Assembly: GCF_044647545.1 (NCBI RefSeq) | Contig: NZ_CP172818.1 | Direction: 5' to 3' (one strand) | Length of the DNA stretch: 64,000 nt | DNA from: Escherichia coli | GTDB lineage: Bacteria > Pseudomonadota > Gammaproteobacteria > Enterobacterales > Enterobacteriaceae | Shown here: positions 1 to 11,304 of the stretch, piece after piece | Layout: every line of letters begins with the position of its first letter | How positions within the stretch are numbered: the stretch's first letter is position 1 | Notes under the pieces: generated by a model | What the model saw: only the letters and a program-made list of their open reading frames with translations | Database searches by the model: none | Told to the model about the DNA's origin: nothing | Translations under genes and position numbers: made by a program

Positions 1-158
1 AAACCTTGTTCAGAGATACGCTCTGCTGCTGCCGTTTTCTGGGTTTGCTTAACTTGCTGAGTTTGCTGTTGTGCCGCTACCGGTGCATTATCAGCAGCCC
101 ATACAGTTGAAGATGCCAGAACTGCTGTGACCATCGTAGCCATAATTAAACGTTTCAT
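1..158 (-). CDS. yfdX: YfdX-family periplasmic protein, N-terminal portion only (gene runs off the window start)
   Basis: Reverse-strand ATG at 156-158 gives [31 protein letters not shown]..., a signal peptide followed by a Q-rich region; position upstream of ypdI/yfdY/lpxP matches K-12 order. Confidence 0.65.
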   Translation of the reverse strand, partial: MKRLIMATMVTAVLASSTVWAADNAPVAAQQQTQQVKQTQKTAAAERISEQG

Positions 159-453
159 ACTTACCTCATTCTTTAACAGTTTTAGAAAACACCGCCATCA
201 TATTGGGTGAGCATGAAATGAGAAATCAGAGAGCAACGGTCATTTTGAAAGGGTTATCTTACAGTTGTAGTTATTATCGCAAGAAGTATTTTAGTCTTAC
301 AATTGTAGGAATATGCTTCCTGTCACAGAGAACTATTCTTATATACCAAAAAGAGATGTCATTTATTATATCGATGTAAATACTGATTAATTATATGTAA
401 ATACAGCAATAACGTCGTAGGTTTTCAGTGAACCATTTTCAGGATAACTTTCT

Positions 454-729
454 ATGAAAGTAAACTTAATGCTTTTTAGCTTATTTTTATTGGTCTCTAT
501 TATGGCATGCAATGTTTTTGCATTTTCTATTTCTGGTGGTGGTAGTGAGGCGAGCTATAAAGAGACAGAAAAAACGTCAGCGATGACGACAACTCACTCT
601 ACAAAATTTCAGCCATCACAGGCGATTTTGTTAAAAATGAGAGAAGATGCGCCACCATTAAACCTCACAGAAGAAATTCCGCCCCCTTTTCCGACAAAGG
701 CGAATTATCTTATCCATCCTGTGCGATAG
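454..729 (+). CDS. ypdI: small predicted lipoprotein (91 aa)
   Basis: ORF track 91 aa; N-terminal hydrophobic signal with Cys (SIMACNVFA); synteny with yfdY and lpxP. Confidence 0.75.
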   Translation: MKVNLMLFSLFLLVSIMACNVFAFSISGGGSEASYKETEKTSAMTTTHSTKFQPSQAILLKMREDAPPLNLTEEIPPPFPTKANYLIHPVR

Positions 730-805
730 CGTCTGTCACACGGCAGGTGAACAATCATGTCTGATGCTGATGTGAACACCTGCCCAAATGATCCATCCTG
801 AACTA

Positions 806-1048
806 CTACCGCCTGCCATACCCCACCATAAAGCGAATCATCAAGCCACAAGCCGGGGCAAGAAACATAAATATCCCCGTCACTAGTTCATTACCGCCAG
901 TTAACCACATGGTGAAGTAGTAAATGAGTGCAGCGAGGATCACCATGCCGAAGAAAGAAGAGACCGCCGAGACCACGTTCAGTACCTGACCGATGTATCC
1001 GCTTACGCAGACAATACACAGGGCGAGAAACATCCATAAATAAATCAT
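806..1048 (-). CDS. yfdY: small inner-membrane protein (80 aa, DUF2545-like)
   Basis: ORF track 80 aa, two to three hydrophobic helices; recognised as YfdY; synteny. Confidence 0.75.
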   Translation of the reverse strand: MIYLWMFLALCIVCVSGYIGQVLNVVSAVSSFFGMVILAALIYYFTMWLTGGNELVTGIFMFLAPACGLMIRFMVGYGRR

Positions 1049-1400
1049 AGCTCAACCTCCTGCCGCGCTAAAAAACCTGTAACTTCAGTCACTTTAATAG
1101 TAAGACAATCCTTAACCTCTGGCAATTTTTGCTAAGCATCAATGAAAACAGCACGTTAAATGCAACGCTATTGCGTGCGGAAAACTTTTTACTTTGCACG
1201 ATTAATAATCAGTAGCTGAAAGCAGTCAGCCAGTGATAAAGTAGAGCCACCGCATTCATGCTCCTCGTGGTTATGTCCTGACTAGTCTTTACACTCTTTA
1301 CAGGAACCATTGTCGTACATGATGGCCCAACCAATTGAGTGTACCGCTGTCGACATGGAATCTTCTGCGATACAACAATTCGTATCTACAGAAGGTAACT

Positions 1401-2321
1401 ATGTTTCCACAATGCAAATTTTCCCGCGAGTTTCTGCATCCTCGCTACTGGCTCACGTGGTTTGGGCTTGGTGTACTCTGGCTTTGGGTACAGCTTCCTT
1501 ATCCTGTTCTCTGCTTTCTCGGCACGCGTATCGGCACAATGGCGCGACCATTCCTGAAACGTCGTGAATCTATCGCCCGTAAAAACCTGGAACTTTGCTT
1601 CCCACAGCATTCTGCGGAAGAACGCGAGAAGATGATTGCCGAAAACTTTCGTTCACTCGGCATGGCGCTGGTAGAAACCGGCATGGCATGGTTCTGGCCC
1701 GACAGTCGCGTACGTAAATGGTTTGATGTTGAAGGGTTGGATAACCTTAAACGCGCACAAATGCAAAATCGCGGCGTAATGGTTGTCGGCGTCCATTTTA
1801 TGTCGCTGGAACTGGGCGGCCGCGTGATGGGACTGTGCCAACCAATGATGGCCACCTATCGTCCACATAATAATCAGCTGATGGAATGGGTGCAGACCCG
1901 TGGTCGCATGCGCTCTAACAAAGCGATGATCGGCAGAAATAATCTGCGCGGCATTGTCGGTGCACTGAAGAAAGGTGAAGCGGTATGGTTTGCTCCCGAT
2001 CAGGATTATGGTCGTAAAGGCAGCTCCTTCGCGCCGTTCTTTGCGGTGGAAAATGTCGCCACAACCAATGGCACCTATGTCCTCTCTCGTCTCTCTGGCG
2101 CAGCCATGTTGACCGTAACGATGGTAAGAAAAGCGGATTACAGCGGATATCGTTTGTACATCACCCCAGAGATGGAAGGCTACCCGGCAGATGAAAATCA
2201 AGCCGCTGCCTATATGAACAAGATTATCGAAAAAGAGATCATGCGCGCACCGGAGCAGTACCTCTGGATCCACCGTCGCTTTAAAACGCGCCCGGTGGGA
2301 GAATCGTCGCTATACATTTAA
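1401..2321 (+). CDS. lpxP: lipid A biosynthesis palmitoleoyl acyltransferase (cold-induced LpxL paralog)
   Basis: ORF track frame 1335-2321; internal ATG at 1401 preceded by GAAGG gives 306 aa beginning MFPQCKFSREFLHPRYW, typical of the LpxL/LpxP family. Confidence 0.9.
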   Translation: MFPQCKFSREFLHPRYWLTWFGLGVLWLWVQLPYPVLCFLGTRIGTMARPFLKRRESIARKNLELCFPQHSAEEREKMIAENFRSLGMALVETGMAWFWPDSRVRKWFDVEGLDNLKRAQMQNRGVMVVGVHFMSLELGGRVMGLCQPMMATYRPHNNQLMEWVQTRGRMRSNKAMIGRNNLRGIVGALKKGEAVWFAPDQDYGRKGSSFAPFFAVENVATTNGTYVLSRLSGAAMLTVTMVRKADYSGYRLYITPEMEGYPADENQAAAYMNKIIEKEIMRAPEQYLWIHRRFKTRPVGESSLYI

Positions 2322-2676
2322 CAAACTGCTCTTACTCTTTCCCTCCTCAAATCAGCCATAATAACCTCATGGTTTTTATGGCTTTTTTCTTAAGGTTTTT
2401 TCCTTCGCTGAATCTCTAATTATTACCGTCAGAAATTAAACTGTCGCCGATATGAGACACCTGTAAGTTACTAAAAGTAAATAAGAAAATGCCTCTTGTC
2501 TCGTTTCAGTTTTAGGCGTACATTAGCGCCGTCTGGAGCAGTTTAGCTCAGAATTCTGGGGTGATGCCCACGGTAAAATACAGGACTTTTAAGGTCGTTT
2601 TGCCCGGTGTCAACTCACTGTATCAGGTGTAATGAAGTCATTCAGGCGTAACAGTAATTACGCGGAGAGATGTAAA

Positions 2677-2748
2677 GTGAAATATTTCTTTATGGGCATT
2701 TCTTTTATGGTCATCGTTTGGGCCGGTACTTTTGCCCTGATGATCTAA
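2677..2748 (+). CDS. ypdK: small membrane protein (23 aa), GTG start
   Basis: GTG at 2677 preceded by GGAGAG (2664-2669); translation (M)KYFFMGISFMVIVWAGTFALMI then TAA; followed by a hairpin terminator. Confidence 0.55.
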   Translation: MKYFFMGISFMVIVWAGTFALMI

Positions 2749-2764
2749 AAGCAAACTGTGCAAT

Positions 2765-2795
2765 GAAAAACAGGAGCCATCTGGCTCCTGTTTGC
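2765..2795. terminator. bidirectional intrinsic terminator between ypdK and alaC
   Basis: Hairpin caggagcc-atct-ggctcctg at 2771-2790, flanked by an A-run upstream and a T-rich tract downstream. Confidence 0.5.
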
Positions 2796-2812
2796 ATTTC
2801 TGTCGATGGTGT

Positions 2813-4051
2813 TTATTCCGCGTTTTCGTGAATATGTTTGCTGCTGGCGGGTAGTAAACCGTCGGCACGGAACATCGCTTTAATTCCACGAATCGCCTGG
2901 CGAATACGATCGCGGTTTTCAATCAGTGCAAAGCGAACATGGGTGTCGCCGTAGTCGCCAAAGCCAATCCCTGGAGAGACACAGACCTTCGCTTCGTTAA
3001 GCATTTTCTTGGCAAATTCCAGTGAACCCATGGCCGCATACGGTTCCGGGATTTTCGCCCAGACATACATCGAAGCCTTCGGCATTTCGACCATCCAGCC
3101 CGCTTCATGCAGCCCTTTTACCAGTACATCACGGCGGCGTTTGTACTGTTCGGCAATGTCGCGCACGCACTGTTGATCGCCCTCCAGCGCCGCAATCGCT
3201 GCCACCTGCAACGGCGTAAAGGTGCCGTAATCGTGATAGCTTTTAATACGTGCCAACGCGCTGACCAGCGTTTTGTTACCGACCATAAAGCCGATACGCC
3301 AGCCCGCCATGTTGTAGCTTTTCGACAGCGTAAAGAACTCGACTGCCACATCGCGTGCACCTGGCACCTGCATGATTGACGGCGCTTTCCAGCCATCGTA
3401 GACGATGTCCGCATAGGCCAGGTCATGGACCACCAGCACATCGTAGCGTTTCGCCAGCGCCACTACTTTTTCGAAGAACTCCAGCTCCACGCATTGCGCG
3501 GTTGGGTTCGACGGGAAGCCGAGGATCATCATCTTCGGTTTTGGATAACTTTCGCGAATGGCGCGTTCCAGTTCGTTGAAGAAATCGACACCTTCCACCA
3601 GCGGCACTGAGCGTACCTGCGCCCCGGCAATCACCGCGCCGTAAATATGAATCGGGTAGCTTGGATTAGGCACCAGTACAGTGTCACCATGATCCAGCGT
3701 CGCCAGCATCAGATGCGCCAGGCCCTCTTTCGAACCAATAGTGACGATGGCTTCTGATTCCGGGTCGATTTCAACGTCGTAGCGATCCTGATACCAGCGG
3801 GAAATGGCGCGACGTAGCCGCGGAATGCCGCGTGAAGTGGAGTAACCATGCGTGTCCGGGCGCTGGGCCACCGTACATAATTTTTCGACGATATGCGGCG
3901 GAGTCGCACCGTCCGGGTTACCCATACTGAAATCGATAATATCTTCGCCGCGCCGACGCGCAGCCATTTTCAGTTCAGCGGTAATGTTAAAAACGTAGGG
4001 CGGGAGACGATCAATACGCGTAAAGCGACGTTCAGGGCGAGTGTCAGCCAT
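2813..4051 (-). CDS. alaC: glutamate-pyruvate aminotransferase (class I PLP aminotransferase)
   Basis: 412 aa ORF; PLP-lysine region [10 protein letters not shown]; N-terminus [21 protein letters not shown] matches AlaC (YfdZ). Confidence 0.92.
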   Translation of the reverse strand: MADTRPERRFTRIDRLPPYVFNITAELKMAARRRGEDIIDFSMGNPDGATPPHIVEKLCTVAQRPDTHGYSTSRGIPRLRRAISRWYQDRYDVEIDPESEAIVTIGSKEGLAHLMLATLDHGDTVLVPNPSYPIHIYGAVIAGAQVRSVPLVEGVDFFNELERAIRESYPKPKMMILGFPSNPTAQCVELEFFEKVVALAKRYDVLVVHDLAYADIVYDGWKAPSIMQVPGARDVAVEFFTLSKSYNMAGWRIGFMVGNKTLVSALARIKSYHDYGTFTPLQVAAIAALEGDQQCVRDIAEQYKRRRDVLVKGLHEAGWMVEMPKASMYVWAKIPEPYAAMGSLEFAKKMLNEAKVCVSPGIGFGDYGDTHVRFALIENRDRIRQAIRGIKAMFRADGLLPASSKHIHENAE

Positions 4052-4427
4052 AATGTCCTCAGATTAACGTTAGCGCCCGGACCGTCCGAGCGACGCTGCC
4101 ACGATGGTGGCTGTTTTGAAAATAGCCTGATTAATTTCTGTCTGTCCAGCGTTTTAGAACATTTTTATCAATGGCTTTAAATGAGGAACTCCACTTCAAA
4201 AACAGGAAATTTATCTGCGCTAACAAGAAAATTACCACTCATTTTATTAACATTATAATTTCAATAAATTTACCAAGCAGATGTGCATTATCAAGAGATG
4301 CATTGCTAATACACCATTTATCCTTCAATCCCCTTTTAAAATTGTGGTTTTTCCTCAAAAACGGCCTGCTGGTCATCAGCCTTCAGGTTACCTATCATAG
4401 AGGTTTAATCCTTATTCAGAGTCACCC

Positions 4428-6125
4428 GTGCACGAAATATTCAACATGCTGCTGGCGGTCTTCGATCGGGCAGCGTTAATGCTTATCTGCCTGTTTTTTC
4501 TCATCCGTATCCGCCTGTTTCGCGAACTGTTGCACAAGTCGGCACACTCACCGAAAGAGCTGCTCGCCGTTACCGCCATTTTCTCGCTGTTCGCCCTGTT
4601 CAGCACCTGGTCCGGAGTTCCCGTAGAAGGCTCGCTGGTGAACGTACGTATTATCGCGGTGATGTCAGGCGGGATTCTGTTTGGCCCGTGGGTGGGCATC
4701 ATTACCGGCGTGATTGCGGGTATTCATCGTTATTTAATTGACATCGGCGGCGTGACGGCGATCCCCTGCTTTATCACCAGCATTCTGGCGGGTTGTATAT
4801 CGGGCTGGATCAACCTGAAAATCCCCAAAGCACAGCGCTGGCGCGTCGGTATTCTCGGCGGCATGTTATGTGAAACGTTGACCATGATTCTGGTGATTGT
4901 CTGGGCACCAACTACCGCGTTGGGGATCGATATCGTCTCTAAAATCGGCATTCCAATGATCCTCGGTAGCGTCTGTATCGGCTTTATTGTGCTGCTGGTG
5001 CAAAGCGTTGAGGGCGAAAAAGAGGCCAGCGCCGCGCGGCAGGCCAAGCTGGCGCTGGATATCGCCAACAAAACGCTGCCGCTGTTTCGCCATGTCAATA
5101 GCGAGTCATTACGCAAGGTCTGCGAAATTATCCGCGATGACATTCACGCCGATGCGGTGGCGATTACAAATACCGATCATGTGCTGGCCTATGTTGGCGT
5201 GGGTGAGCATAACTATCAGAATGGCGATGATTTCATTAGCCCGACTACCCGCCAGGCGATGAATTACGGAAAAATCATCATTAAAAACAATGATGAAGCC
5301 CACCGCACACCAGAGATTCATTCCATGCTGGTGATCCCATTGTGGGAGAAAGGCGTTGTGACCGGAACGCTGAAAATTTACTACTGCCACGCGCATCAGA
5401 TAACCTCGTCATTACAGGAAATGGCGGTCGGTCTGTCACAAATCATCTCCACGCAACTGGAGGTTTCGCGCGCTGAGCAGCTGCGTGAAATGGCAAATAA
5501 GGCAGAGCTTCGCGCCCTGCAAAGCAAAATTAATCCCCATTTCCTGTTTAACGCTTTGAACGCTATTTCATCGTCAATCCGCCTGAATCCGGATACTGCT
5601 CGCCAGCTGATCTTTAATTTGTCGCGCTATCTGCGCTATAACATTGAATTAAAAGATGATGAGCAAATCGATATCAAAAAAGAGCTGTATCAAATTAAAG
5701 ACTATATTGCCATTGAGCAGGCCCGCTTTGGCGACAAGCTGACGGTTATCTATGATATTGATGAAGAGGTGAATTGCTGCATTCCCAGCCTGCTGATCCA
5801 GCCGTTGGTGGAAAACGCCATTGTCCACGGTATCCAGCCTTGCAAAGGTAAAGGCGTTGTCACCATCAGCGTTGCAGAGTGCGGTAATCGGGTACGTATT
5901 GCGGTGCGAGATACCGGGCACGGCATCGATCCAAAGGTGATTGAGCGGGTCGAAGCGAATGAAATGCCGGGCAATAAAATTGGCCTGCTGAATGTCCATC
6001 ATCGCGTGAAGTTATTGTATGGCGAGGGGCTGCATATCCGCCGCCTGGAACCAGGAACGGAAATTGCGTTTTACATTCCTAACCAACGCACCCCAGTCGC
6101 CTCACAGGCTACCTTATTGCTTTGA
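4428..6125 (+). CDS. ypdA: LytS-type sensor histidine kinase of a pyruvate-responsive two-component system
   Basis: 565 aa; GTG start; N-terminal multi-TM 5TMR-LYT-like region, then GAF-like region and His-kinase/HATPase C-terminus. Confidence 0.88.
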
Positions 6126-6139
6126 GCCGGAGTGATATT

Positions 6140-6874
6140 GTGAAAGTCATCATTGTTGAAGACGAATTCCTGGCACAACAGGAACTGAGCTGGCTAATTA
6201 AAGAGCACAGCCAGATGGAGATTGTCGGCACCTTTGACGACGGTCTGGACGTGTTGAAGTTTTTGCAGCATAACCGCGTCGACGCCATTTTTCTGGATAT
6301 CAATATTCCGTCGCTGGATGGTGTGTTGCTGGCACAAAACATCAGCCAGTTCGCCCATAAACCGTTTATTGTGTTTATCACCGCGTGGAAAGAACATGCG
6401 GTAGAAGCGTTTGAACTGGAGGCGTTTGACTACATTCTCAAACCGTATCAGGAGTCACGCATTACCGGGATGCTGCAAAAACTGGAAGCAGCCTGGCAAC
6501 AACAGCAGACCAGCAGTACGCCTGCCGCGACGGTAACGCGTGAGAATGACACCATTAATCTGGTGAAAGATGAGCGAATCATCGTCACGCCCATTAACGA
6601 TATCTATTACGCCGAAGCGCATGAGAAAATGACCTTTGTCTATACGCGGCGTGAATCCTACGTAATGCCGATGAACATTACCGAGTTTTGCAGCAAGCTG
6701 CCGCCGTCGCATTTTTTCCGCTGCCATCGCTCATTTTGTGTCAATCTGAACAAAATCCGCGAGATCGAACCGTGGTTTAATAACACCTATATTCTGCGGC
6801 TGAAAGATCTGGATTTTGAAGTGCCGGTCAGCCGCAGCAAAGTTAAAGAATTCCGCCAGTTAATGCATCTTTAA
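6140..6874 (+). CDS. ypdB: LytTR-family response regulator
   Basis: GTG at 6140 gives 244 aa (M)KVIIVEDEFLAQQ...; receiver domain with conserved Asp (FLDINIP) and C-terminal LytTR DNA-binding domain. Confidence 0.88.
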   Translation: MKVIIVEDEFLAQQELSWLIKEHSQMEIVGTFDDGLDVLKFLQHNRVDAIFLDINIPSLDGVLLAQNISQFAHKPFIVFITAWKEHAVEAFELEAFDYILKPYQESRITGMLQKLEAAWQQQQTSSTPAATVTRENDTINLVKDERIIVTPINDIYYAEAHEKMTFVYTRRESYVMPMNITEFCSKLPPSHFFRCHRSFCVNLNKIREIEPWFNNTYILRLKDLDFEVPVSRSKVKEFRQLMHL

Positions 6875-6886
6875 TCGGGAACTTTC

Positions 6887-7744
6887 ATGAAAGCACCAGG
6901 CTTGCCCGCCGATCAACAATTTTTCGCCGATCTGTTCAGCGGCCTGGTGCTTAACCCGCAACTACTGGGGCGCGTCTGGTTTGCCAGCCAGCCTGCCTCA
7001 TTGCCAGTGGGCAGTTTATGTATTGATTTTCCCCGTCTGGATATCGTGCTACGCGGCGAATACGGCAACCTGCTGGAAGCAAAGCAGCAGCGAATGGTGG
7101 AAGGAGAAATGCTGTTTATTCCGGCGCGCGCGGCTAATTTACCGGTCAACAACAAACCGGTGATGCTGTTAAGCCTGGTGTTCGCACCGACCTGGCTTGG
7201 GTTATCGTTTTACGATAGCCGCACCACGTCGTTGTTGCATCCTGCCCGCCAGATCCAGCTTCCCAGCCTGCAACGCGGTGAAGGTGAAGCGATGCTTACC
7301 GCCCTCACCCATCTTAGCCGTTCGCCGCTGGAGCAGAATATCATTCAGCCACTGGTGTTAAGTTTGCTGCATCTTTGCCGTAACGTGGTGAATATGCCGC
7401 CGGGCAATTCGCAGCCGCGCGGCGATTTTCTCTATCACAGCATTTGTAACTGGGTTCAGGATAATTATGCCCAGCCGCTCACCCGCGAGAGCGTGGCGCA
7501 GTTTTTTAATATCACGCCCAATCATCTGTCAAAACTGTTTGCTCAGCATGGAACAATGCGTTTTATCGAGTATGTTCGCTGGGTACGAATGGCAAAGGCA
7601 AGGATGATTTTGCAGAAATATCATCTGTCGATTCATGATGTGGCACAGCGTTGCGGTTTTCCGGACAGCGACTATTTTTGTCGCGTTTTCCGGCGTCAGT
7701 TTGGCCTGACGCCGGGAGAGTACAGCGCCCGTTTTCAGGGCTAA
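6887..7744 (+). CDS. ypdC: AraC-family transcriptional regulator
   Basis: 285 aa; C-terminal AraC-type HTH (CGFPDSDYFCRVFRRQFGLTPGEY). Confidence 0.85.
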   Translation: MKAPGLPADQQFFADLFSGLVLNPQLLGRVWFASQPASLPVGSLCIDFPRLDIVLRGEYGNLLEAKQQRMVEGEMLFIPARAANLPVNNKPVMLLSLVFAPTWLGLSFYDSRTTSLLHPARQIQLPSLQRGEGEAMLTALTHLSRSPLEQNIIQPLVLSLLHLCRNVVNMPPGNSQPRGDFLYHSICNWVQDNYAQPLTRESVAQFFNITPNHLSKLFAQHGTMRFIEYVRWVRMAKARMILQKYHLSIHDVAQRCGFPDSDYFCRVFRRQFGLTPGEYSARFQG

Positions 7745-7746
7745 CG

Positions 7747-10242
7747 TCAGAAGGTTAATTCCGTTTCCAGCAGCGTCAGGATGCTTTGCGCATCTTGCGC
7801 GGCAAACAACGACTGGCGGAAGTTTTTATTCACCAGTTTGCGCGCCAGCTGCGAGAAGACTTTCACATGATTCATCCCTTCGTTAGCGCCCAGTGTCAGC
7901 ATGATCACCAGTTCGACTTCGCCCATTTCTGACTGCCAGTCAACCGGTTTCACCAGCCGGGCAATGCTGATACTGGAATGACGGATCCACTGAGATTTGG
8001 TGTGCGGGATCGCTACGCCAAAACCAACGCCGGTGGTAACAATCTCTTCCCGCTGCCAGACATCTTCTTCCAGCTCAAACGGATGTTCAGTACGCCCGTT
8101 AACACCAAGGTTGCCGCACAGGAACTGGATCGCCTGCTCTTTATTACTAAAGTCATGATCAACAAAGATATTCTCCAGCGCCAGCAGTGGGCGAACGTCT
8201 TCTTCCGGCGTAAAGGCGGTGAGTAACGCTTCAATCTCCTGCGCGCTGCGGCATTCACATGCCTGACGCGCCAGTTCCCGACACGCCTCGCTATCCAGTT
8301 GACGAAGCTGGCTTTTCACCGCCGGAATGCGCGGGCTACTCATACTCAGCTCGTCTAGGCCCAGCCCAAGCAGTAGCGGAAGATAACGGCTTTCACCGCC
8401 CAGTTCACCGCAAATACCTACCCATTTACCCCGCTGATGCGCAGTGGTAACAATCTGCTGCAACATGCGCAGGAACGATGGCGTAATCGGGTTATACAGC
8501 GGCGATACGCGCGGGTTATTACGATCGACCGCATACAGATACTGGGTCATATCGTTGGAGCCGATACTGAAGAAATCGACCTCATCGCAGAAGTGATCGA
8601 TGATGTAGCACACCGACGGCACTTCCACCATGATACCCAGCGTAATCGTCTCTGCATGACGCAGGCCATCGCGCTTAAGCTCAACGATCGCTTTTTGGAT
8701 CTCGCCCTTCACCCATAAGATCTGATCGAGGCTGTGAACCATCGGGATCATCAACTGGGCGTTGCCGAAACTGGCGGCGCGCAAAATGGCCCGCAGTTGA
8801 GTGCGAAACAGGCCAGCAAATTCCGGGTAAATACGTACCGCGCGATAGCCGAGGAACGGGTTCTCTTCCTGGGGAATATTCAGATAAGGAATGCTTTTAT
8901 CGCCGCCGATGTCCATCGTGCGGAAGATAATCGGCTTGTCGCCCGCCGCCAGTAGCACCTGCTGGTAGGCTTCAAATTGCTCCTGCTCGTCCGGCGCGCT
9001 GTCGCGATCCATATAGAGCATTTCGGTACGGAACAGCCCGACACCTTCCGCGCCGTTGGCAAACGCGCCTGGCGCTTCCAGAGCGGTGCCGATATTCGCC
9101 GCAATATCAATACGCTTGTTATCACGGGAATAGGCCAGCTGCGCGGCGGCCTGCGCCTGTTGTTTTTGGCGTTTATCCGCCAGCGTCTGCGCGACCTGAT
9201 AATAACCGCTCACCGCGTCATTCGGGTTAATCGCCAGCACGCCGCACTGGGCGTCAAGCACTGCCGGTTGCCCGGCATAGCGCGCGATCGCATCCAGCGG
9301 CAAGCCACTCAGTACCGGGATCGCCGAGGCACGGGCCAGAATCAGGGTATGCGAGGTGCGCCCGGTTTTCTCCAGAATCATGCCCGCAAGATTTTTTAAA
9401 TCGAGGCTCAAAAACTGGCTTGGGGTTAAATCTTCAGCCACCAGAATAGTCGGTTTTTCCAGCACCAGATTGTTGCGCGGTTTCAGTTCCGGCCAGGTGA
9501 TATGCAGCAACTGTTCGCTGATATCGCGAATGTCGCTGACCCGCTCGCGCAGATAATCACTGGCAGAAGCAGATAGTTTGGCGCAAACCTGCTCCATATT
9601 GCTGATGATCGCTGCACCCAGCCCCTGATGTTGTTCTGTCATCAGGCGACGGATATTGCCTGCAAATTCATCATCCTGAATCAGCGACAAATGGGCGCTG
9701 AGAATGGTTTTGCTTTCGCCGTCACGCTCGCGCAATTGCTGGTTCAGTTGCTCGGCAAGCGTTGCCAGGCTGTGCTCCAGCCGGGTGGAATCTTGCGCAC
9801 TGGCGGGGATCGCCCGGTAACTGTCGAGGCTGTCGCTCTGTAACAGGGTCAGCGTACCCACGCCAACGCCGCTTGCCAGCACGTTGCCGTACAGTAAATC
9901 CGGGTTCAGGCGGCTTAATGAACGCGGCAGCGGATGCGCCGTCAGTTCTGCCTGCGTTGGCTGGACGCTGTCGCTGTCGATAAAGCGCACCTGGATGTAC
10001 TCTTCCAGCACGCGCCGCGCCTGCTCTTCATCGCTGCCGCTAATGTTCAGGCTGCAACTGTCATTAAATAGGGTGCCGGTGCCAATCAGCGCCAGCGAGC
10101 TTTTGGCATCAGCCCTGGCGTTCTGGCGATGATTAATAAAGGTGACTTCACTTTGCCACTGGCTGCACTGCTCTTTAAGTTCCCACGCCGGACGAGCATG
10201 CAGACCGTTTGGCAAAGGACAGAGAAATTGAATCGTTAACAT
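7747..10242 (-). CDS. fryA: PTS multiphosphoryl transfer protein (HPr-EI-EIIA fusion) of the cryptic fructose-like PTS
   Basis: 831 aa; N-terminal HPr-like region, central enzyme I PEP-utilising domain, C-terminal EIIA-Fru/Ntr-type domain. Confidence 0.9.
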   Translation of the reverse strand: MLTIQFLCPLPNGLHARPAWELKEQCSQWQSEVTFINHRQNARADAKSSLALIGTGTLFNDSCSLNISGSDEEQARRVLEEYIQVRFIDSDSVQPTQAELTAHPLPRSLSRLNPDLLYGNVLASGVGVGTLTLLQSDSLDSYRAIPASAQDSTRLEHSLATLAEQLNQQLRERDGESKTILSAHLSLIQDDEFAGNIRRLMTEQHQGLGAAIISNMEQVCAKLSASASDYLRERVSDIRDISEQLLHITWPELKPRNNLVLEKPTILVAEDLTPSQFLSLDLKNLAGMILEKTGRTSHTLILARASAIPVLSGLPLDAIARYAGQPAVLDAQCGVLAINPNDAVSGYYQVAQTLADKRQKQQAQAAAQLAYSRDNKRIDIAANIGTALEAPGAFANGAEGVGLFRTEMLYMDRDSAPDEQEQFEAYQQVLLAAGDKPIIFRTMDIGGDKSIPYLNIPQEENPFLGYRAVRIYPEFAGLFRTQLRAILRAASFGNAQLMIPMVHSLDQILWVKGEIQKAIVELKRDGLRHAETITLGIMVEVPSVCYIIDHFCDEVDFFSIGSNDMTQYLYAVDRNNPRVSPLYNPITPSFLRMLQQIVTTAHQRGKWVGICGELGGESRYLPLLLGLGLDELSMSSPRIPAVKSQLRQLDSEACRELARQACECRSAQEIEALLTAFTPEEDVRPLLALENIFVDHDFSNKEQAIQFLCGNLGVNGRTEHPFELEEDVWQREEIVTTGVGFGVAIPHTKSQWIRHSSISIARLVKPVDWQSEMGEVELVIMLTLGANEGMNHVKVFSQLARKLVNKNFRQSLFAAQDAQSILTLLETELTF

Positions 10243-10266
10243 AACCGCTCCGGGTTAATCAGGAGA

Positions 10267-11304
10267 TCATCTGAAATCCGTCAGTTGAACAACCGTCTCA
10301 CGGGTAAGACGTTGAATAAGGGCAGATAAAAGCTGCTGCATCTGCAAAATGTCGCGGCAGTCGGCAATCGATGCGGCGCAATGTCCGTGGCGGGTTGCTG
10401 GCCCCATCACCACTGTGGGTACGCCAGTGCCGGTTAAATGCACCGCCCCGCCGTCCGTTCCGCCGTTGCTGAACATATCGGCCTGCAACGGCACGCCAAT
10501 TTCTGCCGCCACGGTTTCAATCCACGCGGTAAGTTTTGGCGGCGCAATCAGCGACTTGTCGCTTAACACCAGCATCGGCCCGTTACCAATCTGGCGATGG
10601 TTAGCCGCGCCATAATCAAAGTTTTTCGCCCAGCAGGCGGTATCAAGCACAATGGCGACATCCGGCGACACCGCGCGGGTGGCAGTTTGCCCGCCGCGTA
10701 ATCCCACCTCTTCGCTGGAACTTGCCACCAGCCACACTTCCGCAGGCAGTTCGGCGTCGTGCAGCTCACGCAGTAACGTCACCAGCAGATAGCAACCGAG
10801 GCGGTCATCAAAGGCTTTCCCCATTACCCGCTGGTGAGGGAGAACCTGAAAAGTGGTATCAAAGGTGACGCGATCGCCTGGACGAATTCCCGCCTGCATC
10901 ACTTCGTCACACGAGCGCGCGCCAATGTCCACGCGCATGGTGCTGACGTCATTCCCCTGCCGGTCGCCGTCAAGCAGGCCTGGAATTTTGCACTCTTCAC
11001 GGGTAGTGATACGCACCGACTGAAGCTGGCGGGCAGCCATGCGTACATTGCCAACCGGCAACACATCGATCGCCCCTTCGCGGGAGATGCTGCGCACCAT
11101 AAATCCCACTTCGTCCATATGCGCACAGATCATCACCTTCGGACCTGTCGATTCATTGAGGCGGATCAGCACCGATCCCAGGCCGTCAAATCGCACTTCT
11201 TTTTGCAGGCGATCCGCTTCTTCCAGCAGGATCTGCCGTACTTCCTGTTCCGAGGAGGCGATCGCATCTGCCTCGCTCAACGCTTTTAATAACGATAAAT
11301 CCAT
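10267..11304 (-). CDS. ypdE: M42-family aminopeptidase
   Basis: 345 aa; M42 (FrvX/YpdE-like) peptidase fold; embedded in the fry operon. Confidence 0.85.
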   Translation of the reverse strand: MDLSLLKALSEADAIASSEQEVRQILLEEADRLQKEVRFDGLGSVLIRLNESTGPKVMICAHMDEVGFMVRSISREGAIDVLPVGNVRMAARQLQSVRITTREECKIPGLLDGDRQGNDVSTMRVDIGARSCDEVMQAGIRPGDRVTFDTTFQVLPHQRVMGKAFDDRLGCYLLVTLLRELHDAELPAEVWLVASSSEEVGLRGGQTATRAVSPDVAIVLDTACWAKNFDYGAANHRQIGNGPMLVLSDKSLIAPPKLTAWIETVAAEIGVPLQADMFSNGGTDGGAVHLTGTGVPTVVMGPATRHGHCAASIADCRDILQMQQLLSALIQRLTRETVVQLTDFR

